64,000 bases of DNA from Orbicella franksi. Taxonomy: Eukaryota. The notes beneath the pieces are model-generated. The model made no database searches. It worked only from the letters and a program-made list of their open reading frames with translations, and was not told the origin of the DNA. The position numbers were made by a program, and so were the translations under genes. Within the stretch, counting starts at the first letter, position 1. The number at the start of each line of letters is the position of its first letter. Positions 25,256-38,755 of this stretch are shown one piece after another. The DNA lies in assembly GCA_964199315.1 (NCBI GenBank), contig OZ116711.1, positions 4,464,001-4,528,000 on the forward strand. The letters are read 5' to 3'.

Positions 25256-25484
25256 AAAAGGAAATCGGACATTATTTGACATCGGATCCCGTATTTCGCG
25301 CCTTTTTTGCACCACTTTCAAGTCATTGTATAAACTACAGAGTAACACCATCGCCGTCAGTGTAGAATTAAAGACATACTGTATAAAAATATAGTTATAG
25401 TCACCTATTTTTTGTGTGTACACTGTACTTTCTTGTTTTGGTTACAATTGATAGAAACAGACAACAATACGCACCAGAAAAAAC

Positions 25485-25650
25485 GAGAAGGGGAGTATAG
25501 GTGGATTACATTCATAGAGGAACAAACGGCTCCTTTAGGATCCACCGAGTCGATAAAAGAAATGATGACCGCAAATCATGCATGAAAGACCACATCCGTT
25601 GAAGAACAATGAAAGCTAAATCTTTCTATGGTCGCAGGTATAAACGGATG
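25485..25650 (+). pseudogene. Relic of a histone H3 3' end with broken stem-loop (GGCTCCTTTAGGATCC, 25528-25543)
   Basis: Collinear similarity to the H3 3' flank at about 30590-30775 (17/20 and 21/26 blocks). No histone ORF upstream. Confidence 0.8.
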
Positions 25651-26852
25651 TTAAGGCAGCTCAGTCACGGCAGGTTGAGTTATTTTGGCCACACAGAAAA
25701 TTAGGTTAAAAATTGATGGAATCCTGAAAATAGTAGTTTACTAAGATGGAAAAACACCAGAGAGACAATAATAAGCCATAAAGAAAGAAGTATGCTTGAG
25801 GATGGAGAAGATTAACACGGATTACAATCGACGAACTTGAAAAATTTAGGCTAAACTTTTCAAGATGTGCAAACCGTGATGTAGCTACTTTAAACAGCTT
25901 TCGTTTTTGCAGCCAGCGTAGCAAACATAAAACGGGGGCAGGTGCAGGATAAAAGTTGGGGGTTGGTTTTCGCCTCCCCTAATTCTTCCCCGTTTACGCG
26001 TGCAACGCAGGTTATTCTTTTTGTATGATTGCTTTTGCTACATCACTTTTTCATGACTAGATCTCCGTTAAATTTTACTGAGTCTAAGGGGGACTCTGTA
26101 GAGGTTGGAGTAATCGAGCTGTCAAATTAGGCTTAAGTGCGGAATGCGGATGGTAGGGTGGAGTAAGGGGTACGGTAAGGTAAGAACTGATAGGGAGGGG
26201 ATGGTTAGCTAAAGAAAGGAACAGGCTGGCGGGAATTACAGGAAGCCAAAGAGGAAGTTAGGAGGGGAACTAGAGGAGAGTGAAGATGTCAGAGGTGGAA
26301 TTGAGCCGAAAGTGTAAGAGAGCACAGTTGGAGATGGGGGATATAACAATAAATCGAAGCGCTGGTGAGAGTGTTTGTAAGGGGAGAGAATGCAAAGGAA
26401 TCAAAAGGTGAATGTTGAAATAGAAGTTAAGTCGAAAAACGAAATATATGATGGTTTGTATTTAAAAAGAGAAATTTTAAAACTCTTGCATCATCGAACA
26501 ATCAAATGACTGTATCATTAAAGTTTCTCGAGCCACTGACTTCCCTTTTTATTAGAAAAAGATCTTCCGGCAAGTGAATTTAGACTGTAGCAGAAGATTT
26601 GTTTGAGCGACGCATTGGTGACGGTTGACTCTGACAAAATTATCGACACTTAGGAATGATACAAGTTCGTTCCGAGCAGCGCGGATTTCTCAGAGCTACA
26701 CTAACAGATCGTATCAGAAATAGTGGAGAGAAGAAAACCCACCGAAATAAGCGATAAGAGAACTATAAATAATACTGAAAATTATAAAAGTAATAACTTG
26801 GGTTTGTTAGAAATAAAACTGTATTTGATCATTGACTTTTGTATCATTTGGT

Positions 26853-26868
26853 GGCTCCTAAAGGAGCC
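26853..26868 (-). terminator. Histone 3' stem-loop of H2B, followed by HDE AAAAGTCAATGATC
   Basis: Reverse complement GGCTCCTTTAGGAGCC plus ACCA, downstream of the stop codon. Confidence 0.93.
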
Positions 26869-26900
26869 GTTGGTTTTGGCGGGAAACCCACAAAGTGAGT

Positions 26901-27272
26901 TTACTTGCTGCTGGTGTACTTGGTCACAGCCTTCGTTCCTTCACTCACGGCGTGTTTGGCCAGTTCACCAGGCAGAAGCAGCCTGATGGCGGTCTGGATC
27001 TCGCGGGAGCTGATGGTTGATTTCTTGTTGTAGTGGGCAAGGCGGGAAGCTTCGGTGGCGATGCGTTCGAAGATGTCGTTGACGAACGAGTTCATGATGC
27101 CCATGGCTTTGCTGGAGATACCAGTGTCAGGGTGAACTTGCTTCAACACCTTGTAGATGTAGATAGCATAGCTTTCCTTTCTCTTTCCCCTTCTCTTCTT
27201 CTTTCCATCAGCGGTGGCCTTTGCCTTACCAGCTTTCTTCTCGCCTTTCTTTCCTGCAACTTTGGGTGCCAT
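26901..27272 (-). CDS. H2B: Histone H2B, replication-dependent
   Basis: [26 protein letters not shown]...[12 protein letters not shown], intronless, 3' stem-loop. Confidence 0.99.
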   Translation of the reverse strand: MAPKVAGKKGEKKAGKAKATADGKKKRRGKRKESYAIYIYKVLKQVHPDTGISSKAMGIMNSFVNDIFERIATEASRLAHYNKKSTISSREIQTAIRLLLPGELAKHAVSEGTKAVTKYTSSK

Positions 27273-27608
27273 GTCTGTAGATCAGAATGGATTTGAAATA
27301 ACTGAAAACTCGATCGATCTTGTATTTATACTAGAATGACTAACAGATCGATTAACATACGGATCGAAATTTGCGATCACTGATTGGTCAGACTTATCGC
27401 GTATTTACAATACTTTGACAAACCTCGAGGTTAATACTCTTTTGAATGCATGCAAATACAAAGGTTCTTTGAAATGCTACATCGACCAACAAAGATCTGA
27501 TTGGTGCTTTTCGATCCTTCTTGCATAAAGATAAGCTATAAATATCACGATCTAAAACTATTTTTGCTAATCTTCCACAACTTTCGTGAAGGCAAATTCA
27601 AACCAAAC
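27273..27608. promoter_or_regulatory. Divergent H2B/H2A promoter
   Basis: TATAAATA on both strands (27323-27330 minus, 27537-27544 plus), symmetric TTTCGATCC upstream of each TATA (27361-27369 minus, 27509-27517 plus), two GATTGG (CCAAT) boxes. Confidence 0.8.
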
Positions 27609-27989
27609 ATGTCTGGTCGCGGTAAAGGAAAGGCAAAGGGCACCAAGTCCAAGAGCCGCTCATCCCGAGCAGGGCTTCAGTTCCCAGTTGGTCGTATCCA
27701 TCGTCTTCTTCGCAAAGGCAACTATGCTGAGCGTGTTGGCGCCGGTGCTCCAGTGTACTTGGCTGCCGTTCTCGAGTATTTGAGCGCCGAGATCCTCGAG
27801 TTGGCGGGTAACGCTGCTCGTGACAACAAGAAGACAAGAATCATCCCCCGTCACCTTCAGCTGGCTGTCCGTAATGACGAGGAGTTGAACAAACTGCTCG
27901 CCGGTGTCACCATCGCACAGGGAGGTGTTCTTCCCAACATCCAGGCTGTACTTCTGCCCAAGAAGACCGAGAAGAAAGCCAAAGCTTAA
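27609..27989 (+). CDS. H2A: Histone H2A, canonical, 126 aa
   Basis: MSGRGKG...[14 protein letters not shown]...[12 protein letters not shown]. True ATG at 27609; no SQ motif, so not H2A.X. Confidence 0.99.
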   Translation: MSGRGKGKAKGTKSKSRSSRAGLQFPVGRIHRLLRKGNYAERVGAGAPVYLAAVLEYLSAEILELAGNAARDNKKTRIIPRHLQLAVRNDEELNKLLAGVTIAQGGVLPNIQAVLLPKKTEKKAKA

Positions 27990-28013
27990 ATAAGTTTTGA
28001 CTCACAAAAAAAC

Positions 28014-28029
28014 GGCTCCTTTAGGAGCC
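28014..28029 (+). terminator. Histone 3' stem-loop of H2A, followed by HDE AAAAGTCACGATC
   Basis: GGCTCCTTTAGGAGCC plus ACCA. Confidence 0.93.
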
Positions 28030-29318
28030 ACCAAATATTACAAAAGTCACGATCAACAAACCTCTCTGTTCCATTTCAGTTAAGTTTATTACCCTTTTTT
28101 CCCTTGCTCAATTTTTTTCAGTCAGAATTGTTTCTGTTTTGCGACCAATATAGCAGTGCTGCGATGAATCAAATTATAAGAGCAAACGTTTCTCTTTATG
28201 TGAGAGTGAAAACTGAAAATAACCCACCTCACCTAAGTTACTGCCTTTTTTCTCTTAGTTTTACTGCTTGCAAGACTGGACCTTTATTATGCTCTTTCCC
28301 GCCTCTGTAGCTTGCATACCTTATTACCTCTTCAGTCCTTGTGTCAACACATTCTCAACAAATGCAAATAGAAATTCAATTAGCTTGCCGTTTTATTCTT
28401 TATCATGTTAATGTAGTTCAAGCGACTGTGCGCGCGTGTTCACGCTTGAATAAAAAGCGCGCCTAAATGAAACTTTGTTGTCAGTTAACGAACTTACTTG
28501 GCGCAAATTTTCTAAGGTAGCTTGAACTTTACAAATTTTGTTATACCCTTTAGGCCTAAACATGTATTTATGCCTTTTTCAGTCGTAATTAACTAAACGA
28601 TATTACGGCTTGCATTACCGAAAAATTCGTCCACTAAAATCATTTATAAAGGTAAATAATAAAACTGTAATGTTTGAACTGACACTACAACAAAACTGAG
28701 ATAAGCTTGTATCGTTTGTGCGTTAGTGGAATTTATCCGGAATATGTCTGAAGTAAGAAAGAAAGAATTATATGTATTCTACCTGGTTGAGTTCTCTACT
28801 TTTAAAATAAACCTAAGGCCAAATGACTAACGAAGTTGTAAAGTTTATAATTGACCTCTTTTGAAAAGCGCGTCGAAGGTATGTCGAGATTCGTTTTAAT
28901 TTGACGGAAAAACTGAAATTTAGAGTCGATAAATGTTTCAACCTATTTCATATCCCTTGACAGGCCATTATGGCCGCGTTCGGATTTTTAACTCAGATAT
29001 TCATAAACACTCAAAGTACCTTAGGACGAGTACAGTGAGGGAGTTTCTCTAGAAGATCTAAAATATTGTTGAAATTTCTAACAACTATGAAGCAGAAGCA
29101 AGGAAACTAGTTAGAATAGAGCGTATTAAACCTACGGAGTTGATTTCTCTGTTTGGTTTTATCCACTTGAAGTTACAAACAAAAGTCCAACCTTTACGGT
29201 CTGTTCACCAAGTGTGCTCATTAACCCCGAGTTTTAGAAATCATGTATCAGATATACATAAAAGAAATCTTTACGAAAAATAATGATTCTATTGGTCATG
29301 ACTTTTGAGAGATTTGGT

Positions 29319-29334
29319 GGCTCCTAAAGGAGCC
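29319..29334 (-). terminator. Histone 3' stem-loop of H4, followed by HDE AAAAGTCATGACC
   Basis: Reverse complement GGCTCCTTTAGGAGCC plus ACCA. Confidence 0.93.
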
Positions 29335-29362
29335 GTTTGTTTGTGTTGGCAGACTGTGTAGT

Positions 29363-30599
<1,237 letters not shown>

Positions 30600-30629
30600 G
30601 TGGATAACACAGTCCTTCACAAAACAAAC

Positions 30630-30645
30630 GGCTCCTTTAGGAGCC
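30630..30645 (+). terminator. Histone 3' stem-loop of H3, followed by HDE AAAAGCAATGACC
   Basis: GGCTCCTTTAGGAGCC plus ACCA. Confidence 0.93.
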
Positions 30646-32282
30646 ACCACATGAATAAAAGCAATGACCAACATGAACCTGACATAAATCATGAAAATTT
30701 TCACATGCATTATTCCCTTTCGTCGAAGAACGATAAAAGCGCAATTATCTTTCTATGATTGCAAGTACAAGCGCATTATAAAACCCTTTCGTTTTAATAC
30801 TTTTGCCATTAAGTCTTTCATGCTCAGATTCTATGGGAAGATTCAGTTTAGTTCAAAAAATGAACAGGGTTTCTAGAAATCTTTTTATTAAAAGAAACTT
30901 TCTAGTCAACGTACGCTGTGGTTATGAGCACCAAGTCAACTCGGCGCGCGTCCCTTAAACTATACTTTCTTTCTGCAACACTACATGAATATCTGTAAAA
31001 CCCTTTCATTGAACATACCCTTTCCTTTCAGTTGTAAAAAATTAAGAAGTTTTACCATTGATTCATTCTGTGCATGAGTTTCTGTCCTTTTTTATTCTCT
31101 CACCCGACTAGATCTGAAAATCGTTTCCTTACGAATCTTGGCGCCATGTTTAGCGATGAATATCAAGTTTAAGTAGATGACGTTGTTATTACCTCCCAAC
31201 TGCAGTCTACAGAACTCAGGCGAAGTTGAATAAAGGAACAAAAAATACTGTATGCCGTTCCGCCTTTCGTTCTATCTGAGGCATTTTTAAGCTTAAATCA
31301 TAGTACACAACTCTTTTAACATTCTTTTCTTGGTGATCAGAAGCGTAACGAAATTTGGCGCTTGATATATGCAAATACAGGTTGCAACTTACCGACACGA
31401 AATCTCACATCATACCAGTATTATTTACTCATTGAAGTCGACGGTTCGAAAGTCCTTCTACATTATTGTTGTTTAGACTTTAGGAAACAATCGGGATTTA
31501 TTATTGAGGAAATGTTTGTTTGATAAATCTGCGCGAGTCAGTATTGATACGTTACGAAACAAATGCGTGAAGATTTTACTATCCATTCAGTGTTTGAGGA
31601 GTGTTTCGTTCTCTTTACTAAAATCGAAGCATTGCAAATCTCAGTATAAAACAGTTATTCAAAAATTACCACTCATGTCTGTGAAATGTTTGATTGATAA
31701 TCACCCAAAGAACTCAGAATTCAGACGTGATGTCCTGTTTTGTATACGTTTGCTCAAGTCACACTGAGTGATTTGGAAATGGCGGCCTCAGGAGATTGTC
31801 CTTGTTATTCAAATAAACGCAAGGATAAGCAATTGAAAATCAGCGATAAGGCCAAATTTTTTACGCAAATCTTAAGCAGTAGGAGTTCTTCTTCCTTAAA
31901 ATCTTACAAAATCTGATGAATAGCGAACTTAAGAAGAATTAATTTGCTATAAAGACAAGACGTTCATTTGAATCTTACTGTTTTATAAACTTTCAGGCTT
32001 TCGAATTGTATCTTTGGCTCCCTTTGACCAAATTTGTTTTGGATCTACAACTGAGGAAATACCACAGCAACCAATTTTAAGGCTCACATTGGAAAGGTAT
32101 CAATATCATACCGTTTTATTGAAGAAAACGATTGAGAAACTAGCACAGAATTGGACGACGCCATGTTCTGCGCTCTTGTTTCCTCGGTGGTCCGCATTCG
32201 ACGAATATACTTTAGCCGCACCGTCGATTGAGTATTTTGAGTCTTCAGTTCCGAAGTGACAACCAGGTTCTAGAACTGCAAC

Positions 32283-32843
32283 ATGTCCGAAGCAGCAAAG
32301 TCCCCCGCTAAAAAGAAGCCAGCAGCGCCTAAAAAGCCGGCTGATCATCCACCTTATTTGGATATGATCAAGGCTGCCATTGTAGCACTGAAGGAGCGAA
32401 GCGGTTCTTCCCGCCAAGCCATCGAGAAATACATCAAAGCCAACTACAAGGTTGGTGAGGTTGGCTCGCACTTGAAGATGGCTTTGAAGAGAGGCGCCGC
32501 CAGCGGAAAGCTTCTACACACCAAGGGAGTTGGTGCTTCAGGCTCCTTCAAGTTGCCTAAGGAGGAAAAGAAGGAGAAGAAACCAAAGAAGAAGCCCGCT
32601 GCAAAGAAGAAGCCCGCCGCCAAACCGAAGAAGCCCGCCGCCAAGAAGGCAGCAAAGAAACCCGCGGCAAAGAAGGCTGCGAAGAAACCAGCAGCGAAAA
32701 AGCCAGCGGCAAAGAAACCCGCAGCCAAGAAACCAGCAGCAAAGAAACCCGCAGCTAAAAAACCCTCCAAGAAAGCGGCCAAGAAACCCGCGGCAAAGAA
32801 GCCTGCCAAGAAGCCTGCCGCCAAGAAAACAGCTAAGAAGTGA
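32283..32843 (+). CDS. H1: Linker histone H1, 186 aa
   Basis: Globular domain [30 protein letters not shown]...[10 protein letters not shown] and KKPAA-repeat tail. Confidence 0.98.
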   Translation: MSEAAKSPAKKKPAAPKKPADHPPYLDMIKAAIVALKERSGSSRQAIEKYIKANYKVGEVGSHLKMALKRGAASGKLLHTKGVGASGSFKLPKEEKKEKKPKKKPAAKKKPAAKPKKPAAKKAAKKPAAKKAAKKPAAKKPAAKKPAAKKPAAKKPAAKKPSKKAAKKPAAKKPAKKPAAKKTAKK

Positions 32844-32871
32844 AGTGCGACGATTCTTCAATAAACAAAAC

Positions 32872-32887
32872 GGCTCCTTTAGGAGCC
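32872..32887 (+). terminator. Histone 3' stem-loop of H1, followed by HDE AAAAGCAATGACC
   Basis: GGCTCCTTTAGGAGCC plus ACCA. An AATAAA lies just upstream of the stem. Confidence 0.93.
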
Positions 32888-33597
32888 ACCACACACAAAA
32901 AAGCAATGACCAACAGAGCAAACAGAATATATACTCTCGCCATATACATTTTTCGATTTCATCTTCATTTTTGAATAAATCTTTACAGGCCAGGGACCCG
33001 TTTCTCAAAGGTTCCGAAAAGTTTTTGCACCCAGAAAGCCAGAGCAAAATCTCAAACCCTTATGATTACAGAGCTGTTTTATGTTCTACAGTTTCATGTT
33101 TTCCCCTTCCCAGGTAAACAGTGGCCCATTTATGCGGCAAATCATAATTATTTCCGATCAATAGAAAGATCTCGCCTCCTCTTGTTACGCTCGTTCCCAT
33201 TGTTTCGCCCAATTTTCGTTCTCGAGAGGTAGGCTCTTGAAAGCCTCGGACCAGGGGCATATCTAGGCAGATCAGCAATTTGCGTTTTGTCGACGAGCAA
33301 GCCGAAGTTTCGAGAGTTAATCAAAGACTTTAGCAAGCTAAACGTCACAGAAAGGTAATTAAGAATGGAGAAAACAAATCTGGATGGCCTTGATTTGCCA
33401 CAGGAGCCCGGGGCTTGGGGTATTCTGTAAAACTTTGGGCTATGCCCCTGGAACACTGAAACCATTACCCTATACTAGACTATAATCATCTTGATTTTGC
33501 AACCCTATTCTAGACGAGACACCATAAACCCCTGCCCTATCCCAGACTGGCTATTTTCCATGCAGAAACTATATCACTATCTTAGTCGAAAACACGC

Positions 33598-33720
33598 TAG
33601 CTTGCGAGCAGGCTCACTTTCTTGACACCTCTTCACCAGACTCCACCCCACCGCATCGCTTTGCTCTTCGCCGCTCGCGCGTGTGACTCAAAGCTAAAGA
33701 GTGAGCTTGCTCGCAGGCTA
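33598..33720. mobile_element. Short MITE
   Basis: TIRs TAGCTTGCGAGCAGGCTCACT / AGTGAGCTTGCTCGCAGGCTA. Confidence 0.7.
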
Positions 33721-34888
33721 AACATACGCTAACTAAATCAATATCTTGCAAAGTCACTTTCGAGTTTCAATTTCTATTATAGAACCCCGGGTTAAGAGCC
33801 CTGTTCTAAATAATTAAATATATTGGCCACTTTTCTGGTGAATTACAAAACTCTCTGATTTCTATAGCCTATCCCAAACTAAACTGCCTGAAAACAAACC
33901 ATACCCTTCACAGCAGCGTATATCCATATAGCTCATTTATGAAAGTACCCCCCTCCCCAGAGGCGGGGAGGGGGTGAAGATTTCTACAGTCCAACTCTTG
34001 AAGGACGCGTAAGCAGGACCCTTTCAGCTCGCCCCATAGAGTCCCAGGAAATAGCGTTTATTTAGTTTCAGGCGGCGACTTACCATAATTGCGACAAACA
34101 GTCCCCTCAAGAGGAGTCCCGATCCCGACTAAGCTCCATACATGACGTACTTACCGCGTCGGACGTACCTACCTCGCGTCGAGCCCCTATTCAACGTCCC
34201 AGTCACGCAAAAGTGATTGAGGTAGCCTGGGAACAAGTCTGCTTGGATTTACACGCATTGCCAGTTCACAATATTCCAAGTTACTTTGTTGGAGTTTTCA
34301 TCACAGGATAAAGGTGATCATCTGTTTTAAAACAGGTCAGAAGTTATAATCTCTCTAGTAACTTATTTAAGAAATTATTTTGACAAATATAAGGCACATT
34401 CTGGTGAAGAAACTCAAGGAACAGAATGTGACATAACTTCTATGTTGCACGTTGCACGTTGTCGTCGTGATCTCAGAATTTTTTCTGTTTTGATTTTTAT
34501 AGCGTATGTCTATTTATCTTTTCGATTTTAATGGGCTAGACGGGAAAATTCAGCCTATAACATAAGCTTAATGGCTGTATTACAGTACAGTACTGTGGTG
34601 AAATCGTGTGGGGTACGACAAAACTATGCCCAGCAACTCAAATGCATCGAAAACGAAGTGTTGTGTTTTGCTCAGCTGTATGGGAAGATGTAGCTTGATA
34701 TACAAGTGAATTTGTGGTGAGAAATTTTCTTATCTTCACCATATCAGTTTTCTGGGAGACTGTTCTGGGAAAAAGATAGCGTGCAGATTGGTTATGGACT
34801 GCATGCTCTCAAGTGACTGCAAAAACATTTGGGGTCACCAAATTTATTTAGTTCAATGATTAAGTGTGTAAAACATAACTTGATTTAT

Positions 34889-35031
34889 GGCCTGGGACAT
34901 TGTGTTGTGTTCTTGGGCAAGGCACTTTACTCTCACAGTGCCTCTGTCTCCCTCCTAGTTGCTTCATGTTTCTGAAACCAGGATAAAACCCACCTGGTGG
35001 GCCACTTGGCTCATATACAGACTTCTTTACC
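34889..35031 (+). mobile_element. 5'-truncated, internally deleted copy of the 46952 SINE family, about 70 bp upstream of HCCS coding exon 1
   Basis: GGGACATTGTGTTGTGTTCTTGGGCAAG.CACTTTACTCTCACAGTGCCTCT joined directly to CTCCTAGTTGCTTCATG...GGGCCACTTGGCTC. Confidence 0.8.
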
Positions 35032-35100
35032 GAGAAAATGTTTTCATCTTCCATAATAGTCCCAGATAAATTTGACCTAATAATTCTTTTACTTCCAGAA

Positions 35101-37994
35101 ATGGGTGGGAGCTCATCAACTCCAGTTCCATCAGATGCTGGTGGTAGTGCCGCTATTGTCACTCAAGCACCTACCGGTGGATGTCCAGTTCAACACAGTT
35201 CTCCAGCACCTGACAGAACATCAAAGCCGTCAATCAGTGAATGCCCAGTCCATCAAGATAGCATGGTGAAACTTCAAGCCAGTCAGTGTCCCATTAGTGC
35301 TGGAACAGGTTGTGACAGTGCTGCTATTGATAAGGGTGCAGATGCCTTGGACCCAGCTAATATGGTAAAAGTCATAATCTTACTTTTAGTCCTACCCTTG
35401 AAAGAGTTTTTCTCCTTCTTTTCCACATTACATTTTATTATTTTAATGTCAGTGTTTAGAATTTGGTGTGATATGTATGTGAAGATAATTTCCCAAATCC
35501 AGTATTTTTTTCTAAATTCTCTACAACTGTCTACTTCACAGTTTATTAAATATTGTAAAGGAGAAACTGGTTGGTTGGATAACTGAAAGCATTGGTCATT
35601 ATTTAGGCAAAATGTGTTGGAAGTTTTGACTGTAATACAGTGGAAACCCAACAGGCCATGAAAATTTGGCCATATTAACTGGGTAACTGTATTAACGAGG
35701 TAGGGTCAAATTTCATGACTAGTTTAAATTGATTGACATCTTAACAGATGTATCACAATTGCACTTCTAAAAAACTGTTATTTAATAAGCATTCTACATG
35801 CAGATATAATTAAACAAAAATGGAAACCTCTGATCAGTACGTACAATATTAAAACATGAGCCTAACTGGCCCGAGTGGTGGTATAAACAAATTACAAAAG
35901 AGTATACAGGTTGGGATTTTACAATGTGGCCATTGGTCGTATTAATGACTGGCCATTTTAATGGGGTTTTCTTATAAGGAAATGTATCCGTGGATGTTTC
36001 ACCAGGACAAAAAAAGTGACCATAATAATGAGGTGACTGTATTAATGAGGCGAGCTAAGGCAGGTTCCACTCGTAGTAGGTGTTTGTATTTCTTAGTAAG
36101 GCTAGAGGAGTATTGATGTAATTGTAAGGAGAAATTCACAGTCCTTCATTCTTTCTTTACAGATGCCTCCACCAAACCAACAACCATCTCCAGGCCAGCC
36201 ATTCCCTCTGCCAATCAATCGTCAGGTGTCATCCATCCCTAGAGGGGGTACTGGCAAGGAAGAGAACTGGGTGTATCCCTCGCAGCAGATGTTTTGGAAT
36301 GCAATGCTACGTAAGGGCTGGAAATGGCAGGACGATGAAGTACAGTCTAGCGATATGGACAATATCATCCGCATTCATAATGCCAACAATGAGGCTGCTT
36401 GGCAGGAGATTCTGAAATGGGAAGCGCTTCATTACAAGTAAGATTAAAATAATTGTGTTTAAGTAGAAAACGTGCTCACCTGTTTATATAGATTTGTGCG
36501 TGTTTGTTGTAATATAGTGGAACCCCGTTAATCTTGTCACCAAATGGGCCACAAAAATCTGGCCATATTAACAGGGTGGCCGTATTAAAGGGGTTCTTTA
36601 AATAAGAAAATGACTGACTGAGCTTTTGTTCAGACCAAAAAAGTGGGTGTAATAGAGAGGTGGTCGTATTAACAGGGTGACCATAAGGCAGGGTTCCACT
36701 GTATCTTCGAACTGGGTTTGTGAAAGTACGGATGACCCCTGGAAATTTTATTATATGGGTATAAACAGGTGAAAAGGAGCCCAAGTGATGTTTTAGCCTA
36801 ATAAACTTAATTTATATCTACAGGGAATGTGGAACACCCAAATTGCTAAGTTTTAAAGGAAAAGCAAAAGAGTTTTCACCAAGAGCAAGAATACGAAGCT
36901 GGATGGGGTAAGATGGATACGTTCATTCTCATCAGTAGGGGAAATTTGCTGGGGTGCTGGCTGGAGGTTTTGCACCTGAGTGAGTTCAAACCCACATCAA
37001 CTTGATTGAGTTCGCTCCCACATACAGTATGTAACTTCTGTATCTTGAATCATTCTATATCATGTTTTTTTTAATAATTAAAGAATACCAAACTATCTGT
37101 GTGAATGGATGGGGTCATTAGGATTTTCAAGTCAAGTATGTGATGTAACCGGTCAACCGCTGATTCGCTTTGACTCACTCAGACGCCAACTTACACTTTG
37201 AACAGGAAACCTTGATCTTACTTTTTACTCATACTTGCTATGGAAAAAGTTTTCAAGGCATTTAATACTTTCAAGCATAAAAGCAGCAGTCTAAGACAAA
37301 ATTTGAGGACAGAATCCAATTGTTGGGGGAACTCGAAATTGAAAGTTTACCATGAGTTTAGATGGGTGCAAAGCAGATAGCATTCGCTGTGGTTTATCCC
37401 TGCACCTTTTAGCTCATGATTTTCAAAAAGCTGGAAAGATACTCAAAGCAATAATAATTACTGTCTTTATTGCCAGGATAAGTTATTTAATTGTTGGCTA
37501 ATTTTTTGTTTAGATTATCTGGTTGCAAGAATTCGAGCCACGTCCTCAGAACCTTTAGGGCTGACCTATGAAATTACTGATGATCACTGCTGTCACTATC
37601 TCATAGGAGTTACCCTCCCTGCCTCCTCTCCGCTGGGGATATGAAGCACCCTAAGATGGTCTCATACCAAGCGCCCCAGAATATTTTGATTGATAGTTTA
37701 AAAACTAAGTTTAACTTTCCCGTTTTGCTTTTCTTCTAATACATTATATTTGCTCATTTTCCCAGTTACGAGCTTCCATTTGATCGTCACGACTGGGTCG
37801 TCGATCGCTGCGGTCGGGAAGTCCGATACATTATCGATTACTACGACATCGGTGACGAAGAAGCTTACAAGAGAGGAGAATTCGTGGCACTTGACGTCCG
37901 ACCAGCTATGGATTCGTTTCAAGCAGTGTTAGACCGAGCGAGAATTGCTGTTCTTCGGTGGACGCTTTCTTTCAGCAGTCCAAAAGACGAATAA
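35101..37994 (+). CDS. HCCS: Holocytochrome c synthase, 283 aa. Exons 35101-35364, 36163-36437, 36824-36907, 37766-37994
   Basis: CP heme-regulatory motifs (GCPVQH, ECPVHQ, QCPI), [72 protein letters not shown] introns in phase. Confidence 0.96.
36515..36701. mobile_element. Tc1/mariner(pogo)-type MITE in HCCS intron
   Basis: TA-flanked (T/C)AGTGGAACC...GGTTCCACTG, same family as 7489-7666. Confidence 0.75.
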
Positions 37995-38442
37995 GTGGAA
38001 AATTTGGACAGTTTGCGCAAAAAGAGCCCGAAAGCTTGGTTCTTCAACATGGACAGCAATTCCGGGAAGAAATACCAGTTTCAGATTTGATTTTCGGCGA
38101 GAGATTCATTGACATGACAACAAGTTGTTTATCTGACTTCAAGCATATTAGGAATTTCTGCACTGTAACTAAACGTGTGAATCTGAATATCTAACATCTC
38201 GGCCAGAGTCGTCTTTTGAAATTCAGGAACAAAATCCTTCTTTAAAACATTCATGTTAACCGTCTCGGTGAAATTTGTCTAGCTTTCTCTGTTCTGGATA
38301 TTGTGTACTCTTGTGTGACAAGGTTTCTATTTAAATTTGAATCGTAGAACTAGCGTACTTAATAGTTGTATTATATAATATATTGTGAGGCGGAGTGAGG
38401 AAAAATTACTTGTTATATCAGAAACTGTTGAAATGTCTTTTA

Positions 38443-38755
38443 GGGCCGGCACTCACGAGGGGACTAGTCATTGCGGCTAGTCCCTGCAACTAGTCCCCTG
38501 AAGAGTTTACACGAAGGGACTGGTCGCAGGGACTTGTCCCACGAACAGTTCACACGAAGCGTTTTGAAGAACAAGTCGCAGTGACTTGTCCCAAAAATTC
38601 AAACCAGTTTGAATTCGTGTGACTAGTGGCAGGACCAAATTTTTTAGTCCTTGCGACTAGATTTGTGGCAAAAATGGTTAGTTCACACGATGGGACTTGT
38701 GCCCCGCGACTTGTTGCAAGAACTAGTCGACTAGTCCCCTCGTGTATGCCGACCT
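38443..38755. mobile_element. PIF/Harbinger-type MITE between the HCCS and PDI-like 3' ends
   Basis: About 27-bp TIRs (GGGCCGGCACTCACGAGGGGACTAGTC / GACTAGTCCCCTCGTGTATGCCGACCT), TTA TSD both sides, internal GACTAG/GACTTG repeats. Confidence 0.85.

Noticed and set aside
25678-25795. Similarity to the reverse complement of 61610-61722 (LLLSLWCFSILV.YY peptides in the ORF track)
   Set aside because: Dispersed non-coding repeat fragment. The shared peptide is a by-product, not a gene family.
32444-33117. Long alternative-frame and antisense ORFs over H1 (126-195 aa)
   Set aside because: Artefacts of the low-complexity Lys/Ala/Pro repeats. The antisense ORFs over H2A, H2B, H3, H4, MAT and NALCN are similar shadows.
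38272-38282. Perfect SmOPT-like AATTTGTCTAG suggesting a U7 snRNA gene
   Set aside because: Upstream sequence is not complementary to the histone HDE and no 3' hairpin follows. It lies in the HCCS 3' flank.
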